DNA of 64,000 nt from Takakia lepidozioides (GCA_030704615.1 CM060731.1:53444001-53508000), one strand, 5' to 3'. Numbered from the stretch's first letter, positions 35,401 to 48,931 are shown. A program made the numbers and translations. Notes: generated from the letters alone by a model not told the origin.

Positions 35401-38400
35401 TTTCAAGCCAGCAATGTACTGACAGTAAGTGTGTGTTGCACTAGATTCTTCACACCTTGAGAGTTCTGGTACACCGGCCATGGATGAAGGTATCTTACAT
35501 CTTTTTCTCTTGCTTGCAGTGGCAAGCGTATTCTTCCTTGCAAGCATTAGTTGGGCTCACGCAGTTGGCCATGGTTACACTTGATAGTTCAGGGACAAAC
35601 TTTAATGTTGTTGTGGGCATGGCTGCAATCCTTGTGTAGGTGAAGTGTGGAGTAAGAGGGGATGTAGGACCAGCCTGTAATGTGGTGGGCTTTATAGATC
35701 GCCATTTGCTTGGCATCAACCATATGCACCCACGGCCAGTGTATCAGCGCACTCCTGTGAGCCTCCAATGCCTTTCCATGTTCACCTGCTTTTCATGTCC
35801 CTTTTCTGCCTCCGTGTCAGTATGTCTGGTCGATAAGAGGCAGTCAGCTGCTGCATTGTGGCAGAGACAGTCAAGTGGTGTTTTGTGATATGCTCCCCAC
35901 TACAGAGTCTATGAAGAACAGGAGGAGAGTGTCTTACTTTTGCTGTTGTGTTTAGTCCAGTGCAGGCTTGGTGGTGTGCTTGAATGTGCTGTTTTGGACT
36001 CGGTGGTTGTGCCCTGTGATTGAAGAAAAATGCTCTGCCTCTGTGGTACTAGTGAATGTCGGGCTAAAATTTTCCTGTTAGAGACACTCAGTACAAGGAT
36101 ACTTATATGAACAGATGCCTATGCATATGAGCATGGATTTGTATGATAATCCACTTCTACTTTGTGTGGCTGATGAAGTCAGTGGGCGTTGTAGCAGCCA
36201 GTCACTTCTATGTATGATGCTATTGCTGATGGTCTGTTACTTAGTGAGTGACCCTTGTAAGGTTAAGAGGCTCTCTTATATTGGAGACCTTTCAAAAATT
36301 TAATCAGGAAGTGTGCTCTGCACTTGTTTTGGAGTGCGGTCAGGAATGCAGTGTGAACTCTCCTGATTATGGGCCTCCTCCACTAGGTGCTCCGGACTGG
36401 TGCCAAGCACCTTTTGATCCTGAAGGCCTTCTCAGGTGGGCTATTGCCCTACTTCATGGTGCTCTTTGTCTGTCACAAGAATTCTACCTTTGAGAAGCAA
36501 TTATTTGTTTTGTCCTGTTGGTCCACTCACCCCCAAGTCCCCATTGACTTTACCTGAGTTTTTCTCACATGCTTTTTCAGCTGCTACAGCTTCTGTCTCT
36601 TATCCGTTCGTCTTCCTGTTTAGTATTCTTGCTTCATCCCTTTCTCCTCCAAGAGTTTAGAGTTGCTAGTCAAGGTCTGCAATACCTTGCACTGGTGTGC
36701 ATTGCGTTGTACCTTGGCTCTTGTAACACGTTTTGGTCCTTCTTCCCTTTCTTCCAATCTTGCTGTCATACCATAAGGTCTCTCTGTAACCCTCCCTTTT
36801 GAAGTTTCTAGAGATTTGAGCATAAGTTTTTGTTTCCTTCATATGTTGGATGCAGCTCATTATCAGCTGTGGGGAGCTGTTTCATAGGGTTGCACTTCGG
36901 TCATGTTACAGTCCATCTCAAGGTTTGTTTGTCATTCTCAGGCGTTAGTCCAACCTGGAGTGCGTTCCTGAACTTGTATGCTCGTAGCCTTATGGCTTTC
37001 ATGAAACCAGGACCCGTTGAATGTGGTAGTCTTGCTTTTGTTGACGGGAGACAGGATTTGATGCTGCGATGTCTCATGTGCAGGCTCATGTTTCTAGAAT
37101 TCGGCAGTGGACCGCGCCAGCTCTGGGATTGTTGGTGCTTGGAATGGCATTGCACTCCTTAGGTTGGTGTTTTCATTAACTTCCCAGATCTGTTTGGTCC
37201 AGGGAGGAACCCACCAAAGCTATGTGGGCTGGTGGAGGGGCAAGTCTCTGCGTAACTGTTGTGAGCAGTGCTAGGGTCGGTTGTGTTCTGACATCTGGCA
37301 GAACCTTTGAGAGGCTTCAGGAGGAGAGGGTTGGCATTTCTGTAGTTGCATCTTCAATCAGAAAAAAAGGGGGGCCATTCTGGAGGGTGAGGGGTGTTGT
37401 ATCAACATCTCTTTGCTCCTTCCAGGCCATATGCCAATTTTCCCTGGAACTGGTTTGTTGTAGGCTATGCGGCAACACTGAAGTGATTTCAGGCTGAATC
37501 TAATATAGCCTGCTGGGCCAAAACCCGATGACCAGCTCTAGGATGGTTAATATCCCCTGGGACTGGGCGCGGGGTCAATGGCCACAAGGCTACGGCAAAC
37601 AACGTCTTATGAGTACAATATCCCCTGGAAATCATGAGGGTACCTGACATAGTGGACAGGGACCGGTCACTGTAGAGCCTCCCTCTTTCCAAGTGCACAG
37701 AATGAACTTTGTGTCTTTCTCCTTTTCTTTCATGGTGTTCTTTGCACTTGCTTCATGACCACCATTTCTGTTTCTGAATGTGTTGCCACGGTTGTATTTT
37801 TTGACACAGACTCCTAATAAGAACTTCAGTATAATCAGCTGATGCTGTCTTTCTTATACACAGCAGCCCATCTCCATGATTTTCACCTCTAGCAGGTTTC
37901 TTAGAAGGGATCCGTTCCTTATCATTTACTTTACTGGTTGCTTCATAACTGATGAATGCCAAATTTTACAGGAATGGCACTCAACAAGCCACTCTACAGC
38001 TTCAGCTACATGTGCTTCACGGCTGGTGCTGCTGGGCTGTTGTTCAGTGCATTTTATCTTGTGGTATTATCCTTACCCGCTGATCTGATCTGTACACCCT
38101 CAGAAACCAATTAAGGCCATTTCATCTGTTTCCTGCTAACTTTTCGCAGAGATACAGATGATTGCTCTCCTGTTGGAAACTACGGTTTTGTATGTGTGGA
38201 TTGTTTACTGGTTCCGTCACACTTGTCGAAGCCCTTGTTTGCTGCTATGTTCTTTTCTCTTGACAGTGCATGGCTCCCTGTACATCAATTTCTTACAACC
38301 TACTTCCTTTGATGGCGCGAAGCAACATTGGGATCTGTCTTATGTAATATGATATAACTGCAGGTAGATGTATATGGCTGGCGGCGACCAACGGTCCTAT

Positions 38401-39127
38401 TGGAATGGATGGGCATGAACGCACTCCTTATCTATGCTCTGGCTGCCTGTGGTGTCTTCCTAGCAGCTCTGCAAGGTTTCTACTGGAGGTCACCAGAAAA
38501 TAATTTGGTCTCTCTCTCCCTCCCTCTCCTTCCCTCCTCATGTACATCCTTATGTGAATGTTGTCAAACAGGCTCATCCTCAATGTGGTTGTGTAGGTCT
38601 ACCTTGAAAACTGTTATTTTTGCTATGTTGCCAATTTGTTGGGTGCAACTGGTTTGTCCCATGACTGCAAATCTGTACGTATATGCAGTCACAGAAGCAT
38701 TAGTCTATGCTAGGGTTGATGTACAAGTGCTCATTCACAATTGGTGACTCCCAACATCACTCTGGTCTCCTGTGTAAGTAGTCTTAAGTATGAACAGGAG
38801 ACAGGACGCAGCTTTGGAGCTGCACAGTTTGCAGACATGGGTATTGTGATGTGATTGACAGGTTTCATACAGGAGAAGGGGCATATGACATTATTATGTG
38901 GCATCATGTACTTGTTTGTTGAGATGAGTTTACTGGTACGAGGACTGTTCTCAAGTAGTCGCAGTGAACTTTGTGATGTACAGGTTACTTTCATCGAAAA
39001 GAAGCTATTGCATGCATTGCTTCCATCGCCAAAACTGGCCAAGCTGGTTTATGTTCTCTGTGAGATCCTTGCCTGGTGTCTTGCTGCTGGAGCCTTGCAT
39101 GCTAAGGGAATATTTTGGAAGCTATAG
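32407..39127 (+). CDS. HGSNAT: Heparan-alpha-glucosaminide N-acetyltransferase-like membrane protein, 13 exons (32407-32583, 34010-34147, 34385-34466, 34761-34837, 34999-35114, 35298-35424, 35640-35756, 36344-36435, 36856-36922, 37084-37162, 37972-38063, 38364-38507, 38984-39127)
   Basis: RLASLDVFRGL, MILVD, HSPWNGVTLADFVMP, GILQRIA, CGVRGDVGPACN, APFDPEGLLSS, NKPLYSFSY, WMGMNAL, GIFWKL*; canonical GT-AG junctions and an open frame throughout. Confidence 0.93.
33752..33820 (-). repeat. Short copy of the RTE/RTEX-like 3-prime end repeat
   Basis: gtactcataagacattcgccatagccttgtggccat is the reverse complement of the family motif. Confidence 0.65.
37563..37620 (+). repeat. Short copy of the RTE/RTEX-like 3-prime end repeat
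   Basis: gcggggtcaatggccacaaggctacggcaaacaacgtcttatgagtac. Confidence 0.7.
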
Positions 39128-40969
39128 TCTTCAAAAATAAATTGTAGGTGCTAATGTTCTCTTTTGATAAAATCATAGTAAATCTTAGTCAAATTGATCA
39201 ATAGACCAATTTCCTCCTCTATTGATGTGATGTGCGATCGGAAATTCAACACACAACCTTTAGAAAATTGCACGAAGACAGATTTAGCTTTATTTGCATA
39301 ATTCAATCGTCACATTATTTGTGGTGCCCTAGGTAGTATGTCCAGTGTACTCACATAGACCCATTAGACCTATGTTAGTGTTGATCAATTATAGCCAATA
39401 TGTTAAATATCACCACCCACCTGGAAAGCCCTGTTAGTTTTTACTTAGCTTAGTTTGAAAGTAAAGGGGAATGGGTATTACACTACACTTCGCTTTCATA
39501 GAGGCAATATGACGAGTTGAGAGGAAGAAATCAATGCATGTGAGAAGAGGGACTAGGAATTAGTCTTCTAGATACAATTTTATTAGGCAATATGTTGCGA
39601 CTATGTCACTTTCCTGAAAAGGAAGAGCAAAGGTTGTTGCCAAGTTATCTAGTTTTTAGGTACATATAGGCATTAACTCATTGATTTGGGTACCTCGTAG
39701 GACACCGTGGTCTTTAAGAAGAACGAGCCAAGCAACATCTTCCAGTTTCATTCTAAGCTTCTCTTAGGTAATGTCTACTTCTTTTATACTTCTGTAATTC
39801 TCTTGTAGAATGACTTTCCGATTATGTTTCAAAGGCGCAGGTAAACTAGGCTACTTATTGTTAGTTGTAGCAAATACATTGCCTGGCTAAATTTGACTTT
39901 GGGGGCCCAATTTAATCTCTGAAGAAATTTCATTTTTTCTGGTCTACAAGATGCATGGAGTTCTATACTCTCTCTGGAAACTATAGGAAAGGGAACCAGC
40001 AAACGCAATGAATCAACACTGATGTGAAACTGTGGACCTGGTTGGTATGAATGAGGAACCTACTATGCTTGTACCTTTGGACAGTACATTATTCCAGTAC
40101 CTATGTAGGATGGTGATGGTGTGGTGGGCGGGGGGGGGGAGGGGTGTGTTAAAATAACCACAGCTGTATCCTCCTTAGATGCATTTATAGTCGTCATATC
40201 CATACAAATACTAGATAGGCGCTAGTCACTCACCCTATTACCACCTGGAACGGACCTTCTTGCCACCGGATCAACCCTGCCCACAGCGATGTGTGCTTTT
40301 CCCCTAGCACCTACAATACCAAGAAACCTAATCTCTACATAGTAGCCATCACTTCGGCTCATTTTACCACAAACACCCATGGCGATTGTGCATATCCAGT
40401 AACAATTACACTTCGTATCCCCACCCGGCCTCTAGATCTACAGCCAGATAGAGTTTGGCGTACAATTGTTTCTCATCACCTTTTCCCGACCTTTTTCATT
40501 TAACCTCCCCACCTTCCCAACATTTCCCCAAAACAATCTACTCCACTGCCCTCCATACATTGTCACTACATGAATGGCTCCCGATAAGTATACTTTATCA
40601 TGCGAACATGGGCACGCACCAACCATCCTGCGGGCCAAACTCATGGTTATCTTAGAGCTCATATGCACCATACATGACTTCCATGCACCACACTACATTT
40701 TCACCAATAGCCTTACGTCCGGGCCATTTCACACATATTAACCCCTAAGACGAAGCGACCCAATCGAATCAGTCGCCCCAGGATCCACCTTTTGTGGATG
40801 TGAGTGGATGGAAGTGGGTTGAGGGGGTTAAGGAGAAGCACACATGGGAGTTTACAACGCCCTGAAATATTAAAAGCTTTGCTCCCTAGAATTTTTCAAA
40901 TTCCAAATTCAGCATGGCAGGCCAAATGAGGAATCTTGAAAACAACATCTAGGGCTCAGATTATGTAAT

Positions 40970-42338
40970 GTTAGGGAAGACAATAGGAATAACGTAAGAA
41001 CTTAATGGTCACGTATGATCTATTTTGCCGGATTCCAGCAGCCTGGGCTCTTCCGGCGGGGCCCTAGTCAAATCCTCCCCACCCCCTCTTACATCGGTTT
41101 CACTATTAAATACTTAAGAATCCAAATGGGTTGCAAGCTGTGGTGGGTAGCGTGGTGATGGTAAGGTGATAGCAGGGTTTGATTCTTGAACCCTGGTCAA
41201 TGTAACCCTCCAATCAGTGTAACCCTCTGTAACCCCGGTTTCTCATGTAACTCTGGATAGTCCGTTTTATACTTAGTCAAATTTCGAGACCAAGTGTGAG
41301 TTATATCGAGTGGAGTTACACTCCATTATGTGTAGTCCCAAGTGGAGTTACACACCTCGTCGTGTAACCCCGACTGGAGTTGACACTTCTTTAGTGCCAT
41401 GTCACTCTCAAGAGAGGGTGGGAACATTTGACATGCCGAAAACCGGCGTACCCTCTTGTCAGAGGTTATACTTGTGCATTAACCCTTAAGTTCCCAAGCC
41501 CTTTTTTGACTTTTTACCAATTTTGGGTACCCAGTTGCAGTAAATTGCCCCTATAAACCTACCAAGAATTATCCAGAGATTCCATCCTTATAGCAGTGGG
41601 CCCAGCTCATTTATGCATGACATACCAAAGAATGAGTCAAGTCCACAGTGGAAATTGTGAGATTATAACGGTGGCCCAGACCTCAAATATCAGGTTCCAA
41701 AGAAAAAGTGAGAAAGAAATTGGTTTGACCAAATCAAAACCTAGCTTTATCCATTTTTGCTTGCCCCAAGACCCACCATTTCCAAATCAATAGTGGAGTG
41801 GCTATGACCCCACTAAATTGCAGGTCCAACTGATTTTTTCACTTATGGTTGCTTTGCATGCAATTACATAGGGGTTGAAATCTCAAAATTGACAAGAGAA
41901 AATGTGCCTCCAAATGAAGTACTTTTTTTTCTACAAATTTTTTAAAAGCCAATGGTGGATGTGTGTATGTAATGCTCACATACCACAAGGTGAAGTGCTT
42001 TTTCTAAAATTGCTAATTTCTGCCAAAAATGGCCTTTGGAGTGTAATCTGTTTTGGGCTTGTTTACCTGCCCCCTCAGCGGTCAACAAGCCCTTTTCAAG
42101 CCCAAAACGTAAATGAGAGATCTAGGATATTTTTTGTAGGTCGTAGCTTTTGTTTTTTTTCAATTTTGTTTTTTGCATCATACTCGAGACAAATCCCTTG
42201 TCATTAAAGCTTCAGGAGTGGGGCCCATCAGATTAGATCTGCAAAATTTTGGTCCAACTGCAAATTCAAAGTGACCCGATTCCGGTCGCTTGGGAACTTA
42301 AGGGTTAAGTTCTTACATTATTCCTATTATCTTCCTAA
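40970..42338. mobile_element. Foldback/MITE with ~50-bp TIRs; right TIR is interrupted by the TTAA element
   Basis: ttagggaagacaataggaataacgtaagaacttaa vs reverse complement of ttaagttcttacattattcctattatcttcctaa; internal TGTAAC/GTTACA motifs. Confidence 0.7.
41479..42308. mobile_element. piggyBac-like MITE: TTAA TSD, perfect 17-bp TIRs, 822 bp
   Basis: TTAA|CCCTTAAGTTCCCAAGC (41479-41499) ... GCTTGGGAACTTAAGGG|TTAA (42288-42308). Confidence 0.82.
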
Positions 42339-42537
42339 TGCTAGTGTGCACTTACTTACTAGAGGAATTAGAATACAAATATCACGTCATGGCTATACTT
42401 GGATAAGAAGCAAACCATGATAATTTACCCCCCAGATTTCACATACAAAGCACCCCCCCCCTAATATTTGGCAGATTCACCTGAAATTTGGTGTGAGGGT
42501 TTGGGATGCAGCACTACCTTAGAATATGGTTGGGATT

Positions 42538-42612
42538 CGCTGGAAGACAGTAGCCCTTGTGGTGAAAAGACATCATAAATTACGCTCCCTTCGGGAGGCG
42601 TCATACTTTTTG
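42538..42612 (+). mobile_element. 5-prime-truncated copy of the tRNA-SINE family
   Basis: gctggaagacagtagcccttgtggtgaa...cataaattacgctcccttcgggaggcgtcatacttt matches the 3-prime half of the SINEs at 14.6 and 15.4 kb. Confidence 0.75.
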
Positions 42613-42715
42613 GTTGGGATTTTCTTGCAAAATTTTGCACATAGATTTTTTGCAAGCTTAGTCAAAGGTGAAGTTTCGGCTCTTAGCTACACCAGCTTCA
42701 GCCGACCTAGTCTTC

Positions 42716-43437
42716 TGTCGCGCACCTCACTTCGGTAAGCTCCCCTTCAGGTCATAGTTGCTAGCTTGATGCGCGCGCCTAACTCCCAACCTGGCCGCCG
42801 GACCAACTTGGAGCTTCGGCTGCTCACCGGGGCATAACGGTCCCCCTTTGAACTCCCAAAGAACCCTCCACCGATTTGGAACCAGCGGGAATTCCCTTTG
42901 GTAGTTGGCAGTCCGGAACAGCTCCCCACTCTTTGGTCACTTTCCGGCTCGCTCGCTTACTCACTAGTTTTTGGTCACCAACGGGCTTGCACCGTTCTCG
43001 GGGTTACTACTCCCTATATATACTTCTGTAGCTGTCCGCGGGGGTTTCACAACCAGCCATACCATTTTATGGCGAACCACCACGAAAACCCTCGACTCCC
43101 GGTGATGAGTCGCGGTGAGTCTTGGCTCACTCACCACGGCCCCTATGGACCGTGATGAGTCCCAAGACTCCCCACGACTCCCACCACGAGGTCTCCGCCC
43201 CCATGGTGAGTCCTATGCCACCCCCACTAAGTCACGCTAAGCTACCACCACCCCTTGTGGAGCCACCCCCACCGCAACCCAGTGTGCGGGGCTCCACCTA
43301 GTGAGCGCCGCCTCCTTGAGTGCCTTGGGCACTCAAGGGTGCTTCAGCCCCCCTACCTATCGCTCCCGCTGCCCCCACCACAGGGGCAGCCCCTCATGTG
43401 TCCCGACCCCCTGCCCTCAAGGCAAAGGGCCGTGACA
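42716..43437 (-). repeat. 3-prime LTR (722 bp)
   Basis: About 10 substitutions and 2 small indels versus 48946-49671 by eye. Confidence 0.96.
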
Positions 43438-44343
43438 CACACCCCTACCAACAGGGAGTCGATGTCCTCATCGACTTGTCCATTTTGTAGAAACGAACAT
43501 CCAAATTGTGGCGTCCCACATCAAAGAGTTTGTTTCCGTACCTTGGCGTCCCATGGCAAAGAACCAAACCCCATACTTGACTCTACTCTCCACTAGCTAG
43601 TTCGGCCGATTTCCTCTAAGTCCCGGCCAGGGGTGGAGCCTCTCAAGCTCCTCCCAGTGCACTCTTCTTGGCCTTCTTCAAGGTCAAGGAACGATCCTCC
43701 CCGAGGATCGAATCGTCTTACTGCAACAACATTGCTTGCGATCGCTCTTGATGCCGCTTTTGGCATCACTTTGCGCAAGAGTTCACCTCGAACCCCCTTT
43801 AACTAGGAAGATAACCTTGAACCAACCGTGCGCCCCAATCACTACAATTGGGTCCGTCTTGGAATGCTGGCCTGAGGTACGGGAACACGTCGAAGCCGCA
43901 CTACGACTTCGTCCCGAGGCTACACGATTATAGTACGTGAACGGAAGCACATAGCTTCCGCGTTAGCCCGCACTACAAGACAACCACCTCGGTAGCGCAG
44001 TTATAGTATACGCACGCGCTAGGTGCGCACTAGCACGTGAACTCCCAAAGAAGGCGCATGTTTCCTTGCCCCTTGGATGGGAGTCACCCGATTTCGATAC
44101 TGCGCAAACACACGATTAACCCAATTTACCTCTCCCACTTTTGTAAGCTAGCATGCATTCTACACACTAGCCAACCACACCATGCATCACCATTCCAAAC
44201 AAAATAGGACACACAACATTTGGAACCCATTTCCTTTATAACAAATTTTTGTACAATACAAGTTTTTGCAATCGGATTCCTGAGCTAGCTAAGCCGGGCT
44301 AAGCATGCATTTCCTCCCCCACGCTCCAAGGTTGATGTCCACG

Positions 44344-47300
44344 TCAACGCTTCTTCCGCTTTTGAGGTCGCCCTTCGAAAACTGCAACCGCCTCGGATGC
44401 GTTTCCCATTTCTGAGGCACGCACCCAAGATGCCTCCACATGATGATAGCCCTTCCATTTGACGAGATACTCCGTTTCTCGGTTCTTGAACCTCCTCGAC
44501 TTAAGTACTGCCTCCACCTCGTACTCAGGTTCATTTTCATGATCCAACAGCACAGGTGGCGGACGCAACACTTGATGCCGATTCGGACGCGCTTCATCTT
44601 TGAAGTAAGGCTTCAAAAGGGAGACGTGAAATACTGGATGCACCTTGCTGTTTGCCGGCAGCTCCAATTCATACACATCCTCATTCATAACCTTCCGGAT
44701 GCGAAAGGGTCCCGCATACGGAGGTACGAATTTTGGACTCACTTCCGGAGGTAGTCAGAAATTCTTGATGTTCAACCAGACCTCCGTGCCTGCCTCAAAC
44801 TTCACTTCCCTCCGCTTCCGATTCGCCTGCCTTTCATACCGTTTCCTCGCTTTGGCAATGTTGTATTTTGCGAGCTTCAACAAACGCTCGCGTTCTTCCA
44901 GTACCGCCGCTACTGCCGGTTCCTCAACGTCTTGGGCGGCCCAACTTGTCGGCACCAGAGATGCTTTTCCATAGACCAATACGAAAGGGGAAACTCCCGT
45001 TGCAGAGTGTTCTGTTTTATTATAACATAATTCTACCGCGTCTAAGTATTCCACCCAGTCTGATTGGTCTGCCAACACGTAATTCCGCAAGATCTGCTTC
45101 ACTACGGAATTCACTCTTTCCGTTTGGCCGTCGGTCGTAGGTCGGAAGGCGGTGCTCATCTTCAGCCTCGTCCCCATCTTCTTCCAAAGTGTCCTCCAAT
45201 ATTTACTCATAAACTTTGGATCGCGGTCCGAGACAATATCCTTCAGGATTCCATGATGTTTTAAGACGTGGGCGAAGTAAAGTCGCCCTGTCTCTTGCGC
45301 CGTTGCCGTCTCCTTGGTGGGGATGAAATGGCCCATTTTACTGAACCTATCCACCACCACCATGATTGCATCGAATCCTTTTGACAGCGGCATAGCAGTC
45401 ATGAAATCCATCGAGACGCTTTCCCAAGTCCCCTCTGGAATCGGCAAGGGTTGTAACAGCCCCGCTTGCTTTTTGTACTCGCTCCGGTTTTGTTGGCATG
45501 TGGTGCATGTCTTGACATACTCCTCTGCCTCCTCCCTCAGTTTGGGCTAGAAATACTCTTTCTTCAAGAGTGCCGCAGTGCGCTTGGCTCCGCCGTGGCC
45601 CGCAAGCGGGCTATCATGGCATTCTCTCAAGAGACTATCTCTGATCCCTCCCTTCGGCACATAGAGACGCTTTTGCTTATACCGAAGCAGTCCATTTTGC
45701 AAATGGAATTGCAATTTAACCCCCCTCCTCAAGTCCTGCATCATGGACTTCGCCAGCACATCCTTCTAGCAAGCCTTCCGGATCTTCCTTTAGAGCGTCG
45801 TCTCGCCCCTGTACACCAACAGGAGCTGCTGCTTTCTACTTAAAGCATCGGCCACCACATTGTCACGTCCCGGTTTGTATTGGATATCCACGTCAAACAC
45901 CGCCAAAGTATCTTGCCACCTAAGTTGTTTTGGGGACAACTTGGGCTGCGTGGCAAAATACTTCACCGTAACATTGTCCGTGAACACCTTCACTGGGTTG
46001 GAACCAACATAGTGGCGCCAAAGCTCAAGACAGTGCACCACCGCCTTCATCTCTTTCAGTCGGCCACCGTCGCTCCACTTCGTTCAGTTTCTTACTTTCG
46101 TAAGCCACTGGATGTCCATCTTGCATCAGTACACCCCCAATCGCAAAGTCCGACGCATCTGTATGAATCTTGAACAGCCGATCGAACTCCGGGATTTTCA
46201 AGACTGGAGCTTCCGCCATCCGCTGCTTCAATTCAGCAAAAGCTTGGCCACACAAGGTGTTCCATACCCAGACTTTGGATTTACACAGAAGGTCTGACAA
46301 CGGCCCCGCGATCTTGGCGAAATTTCTCACATACTTCCGGTAATAGGAGGCGAGTCCTAGGAAGGATCGCACTCCCGGGACCGAAGTCGGAGGCTCCCAG
46401 TCCAAGATCGCCCTCACCTTTCTGTCATCCATTTTGATCCCATCCTGTGTAATCACATGCCCCAGGATCTCCACTTTTGTGACCCAGAATTCGCACTTTG
46501 AAGCTTTGGCATACAGCTTGCCTTCCCACAATTTCTGGAACACCCTTTTGAGGTGCTCCAGGTGCTCCTCCTTTGTTTTCGAATACACCAAGATGTCGTC
46601 GATGTACACGATCACAAAGTCATCCAACCACTCCTGGAAAAGGCTGTTCATCAGCGTGCTAAAGGTCGCGGGTGCATTGGTGAGCCCAAAAGGCATCACC
46701 AAGAACTCATATGAACCATACCTTGTCCTGCACGCGGTCTTCTCCTCATCTCCTTCCGCCACTCGAATTTGATTATAGCCGGAGCGCAGATCGATCCGGC
46801 TGAAATACTTCGCTCCTGCCAACCGATCGAAAAGGTCGTCGATCCTTCGAAAAGGTCGTCGATCCTTGGCAAAGGATACCGGTTTTTGATAGTCACCTTA
46901 TTCAAAGCCCTGTAATCGACACACATCCGCAGCGTCCCATCCTTGTTTGCGAATAGCACCGGAATTCCGTAAGGTGACTTACTCGGCCGGATGTACCCCT
47001 TTGACATTAGATCTTTGAGCTGAGTCTTCAGCTTGACCAACTCTCTGTGGCTCAACCGGTAGGGCGCCTTGGCAGGCGGTTCCGATCCCGGTATCACCTC
47101 AATCTTGTGGTCAACTCCTCTTCGCGGTGGCAAGCTGCTTGGTAAATCCTCCGGCATCACATCCTGGTATCTCTCCAAAATCCCCTTGATCCAATCTGGG
47201 CTCGGCTCCCCATCGCCTTCTCCCTTCACTTCTCTAATGTAAAGCAAAAACTGGGGCTGATGTGCCTCCTCCATGGCCCACTCCCTTGCTGACAGAAGGT

Positions 47301-48890
47301 TTATTCGCCCTCCCACGGGTTTGGGCGTTTCCAATACTCGTAAGACTTCGCCACCATCCCCACATGGTAGCGTGACTACTCTTTTGCGGCCATCTATGAC
47401 CGCTCCGGATTTGCTCAAAAAGGTCATCCCCAAAATGAGATCCACTCCATCGATCTCACAAATGGTGAAGTTCTCACGTCCTTCCCATTTCCCCAGTTGA
47501 AGAGGGACATCAAACGCCAACCTCGTCGCCAATTGCGGTTCTCTTTTGGCAGAACGCACCTCAATAGAGGCCCCTACGTCACTTGTCGGGAATCCCAGCT
47601 TTTGTGCCGTTGCCGGTGTCATGAAGGAGTGCGACGCTCCTGTGTCCACCAACAATGACACGTTAGTTCCGGATATTATCCCATCCACGAACAATAACTG
47701 ACTCCCTTTACGTAAGGCGCCAGTTTCCTGATACAGTTCATAAGAAAATTTGCCTACCTTGCAAGTCCTGGCGACCACCGCTTCCACCAAGCGACTGATG
47801 GTATCTTCCGACAGCTCTGTGGTCGCCCGAGTCATGTTCAATTGCCGGGGCTTCGTGCACTTCTTGGCCATGTGCCCGGGCTCCCCGCAATTGAAACACA
47901 CTCCATCAAAGGTCGCCTTCTGTCCGCCATAGGCCGCTCCACCCGCTTTTCCTTTTGAAGCACCGGGTGCCGCCTTGACTTGTGAAGGCCCTCCCTTCGA
48001 TTTCCACGTGCCATTGTCGCCGCGTGGCCTATCCCACTTCTTTTCCGGTCGGAAGGCGTCACCTTCCCGCCAGGTCTTCTTGTGGTTCAGCTCCGTACGA
48101 CCTTGTCTTTCACCCCTAGGGACATCCGAGAAACATTCAGCCCTCTCAATTGCCTCGTTCACAGCCTAGCCCATGGGGCCAGTCCCGCCACAAAGTTGAA
48201 GACCATTTCTGGTTCTGCCATGTCCGCGACTTCGAGCAACAGCACATTGAAAGCCTGGACATATCCCCGAATGTCATCTGTTTGCTTCAAATTCCTCATC
48301 TTGTCCCGGGCAAGCCAGGACGCGTTGAGGGGCACAAACTGTCTTTTCATCAATTCCTTGAACCCACTCCAATTCAAGGTTTCCGGGCTTGGACCTCGGT
48401 CGTGAAGGCGTTTCTGCCACCATTGTTGAGCATAGCCCCTCAAATAGGTGGGAGCCACTTCCACCCGGTCCTCGTCACTCAACTTGGCCGCCCGGAAGTA
48501 CTGCTCTAGCTCCAGGAGCTAGGTGTTGAGTGCCTTCCGATTTCAGACGCCCTCGAAGGTGCCGGGTTCCTTAGGCTTCACCTTAAATTTTGCCTTAGTG
48601 GAAGTGGCATTAGCCGCCTTCAACACGTCTTTCAACGTCCCTCCAAATTGTGCCAACAACCCTTCCCAAAAGGCTGCCGGCATGGGAGACATCTGTTGGT
48701 CGGTCGGAGCTCTCACGGATTCCTCGGGCTCCGACTCCTCAGATTCCTTCTGCTCTTGAGCGGCCTCGTTTTCGAAGACATGCATCGCTTCCTCAAACGG
48801 CCGCCTCAGTGATAAGTCGCCCCCTTCGGGCTCACCAGGATCATCATCTTTTGGGCCGTTCCGCTTTCGCTTTGGCTTGCCCGACCCCAT
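44344..48890 (-). pseudogene. gag-pol polyprotein with stops and frameshifts
   Basis: [14 protein letters not shown] zinc knuckle, [10 protein letters not shown] protease, YIDD RT, TDASD RNase H, CHDSPLAGH...CTTC and SMDF...DRD...GQTER integrase, GPF motif, EYEVEAVL...YLVKWKGY chromodomain. Confidence 0.96.
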
Positions 48891-48931
48891 GATGAGGCCA
48901 ATCCCAAGGACGATCACGTATTGAACTCTAA

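Noticed and set aside
42747-43933. ORFs within the LTR and 3-prime spacer as an env-like or extra gene
   Set aside because: Short, without transmembrane or known motifs, and the LTR ORFs differ in frame between the two LTR copies
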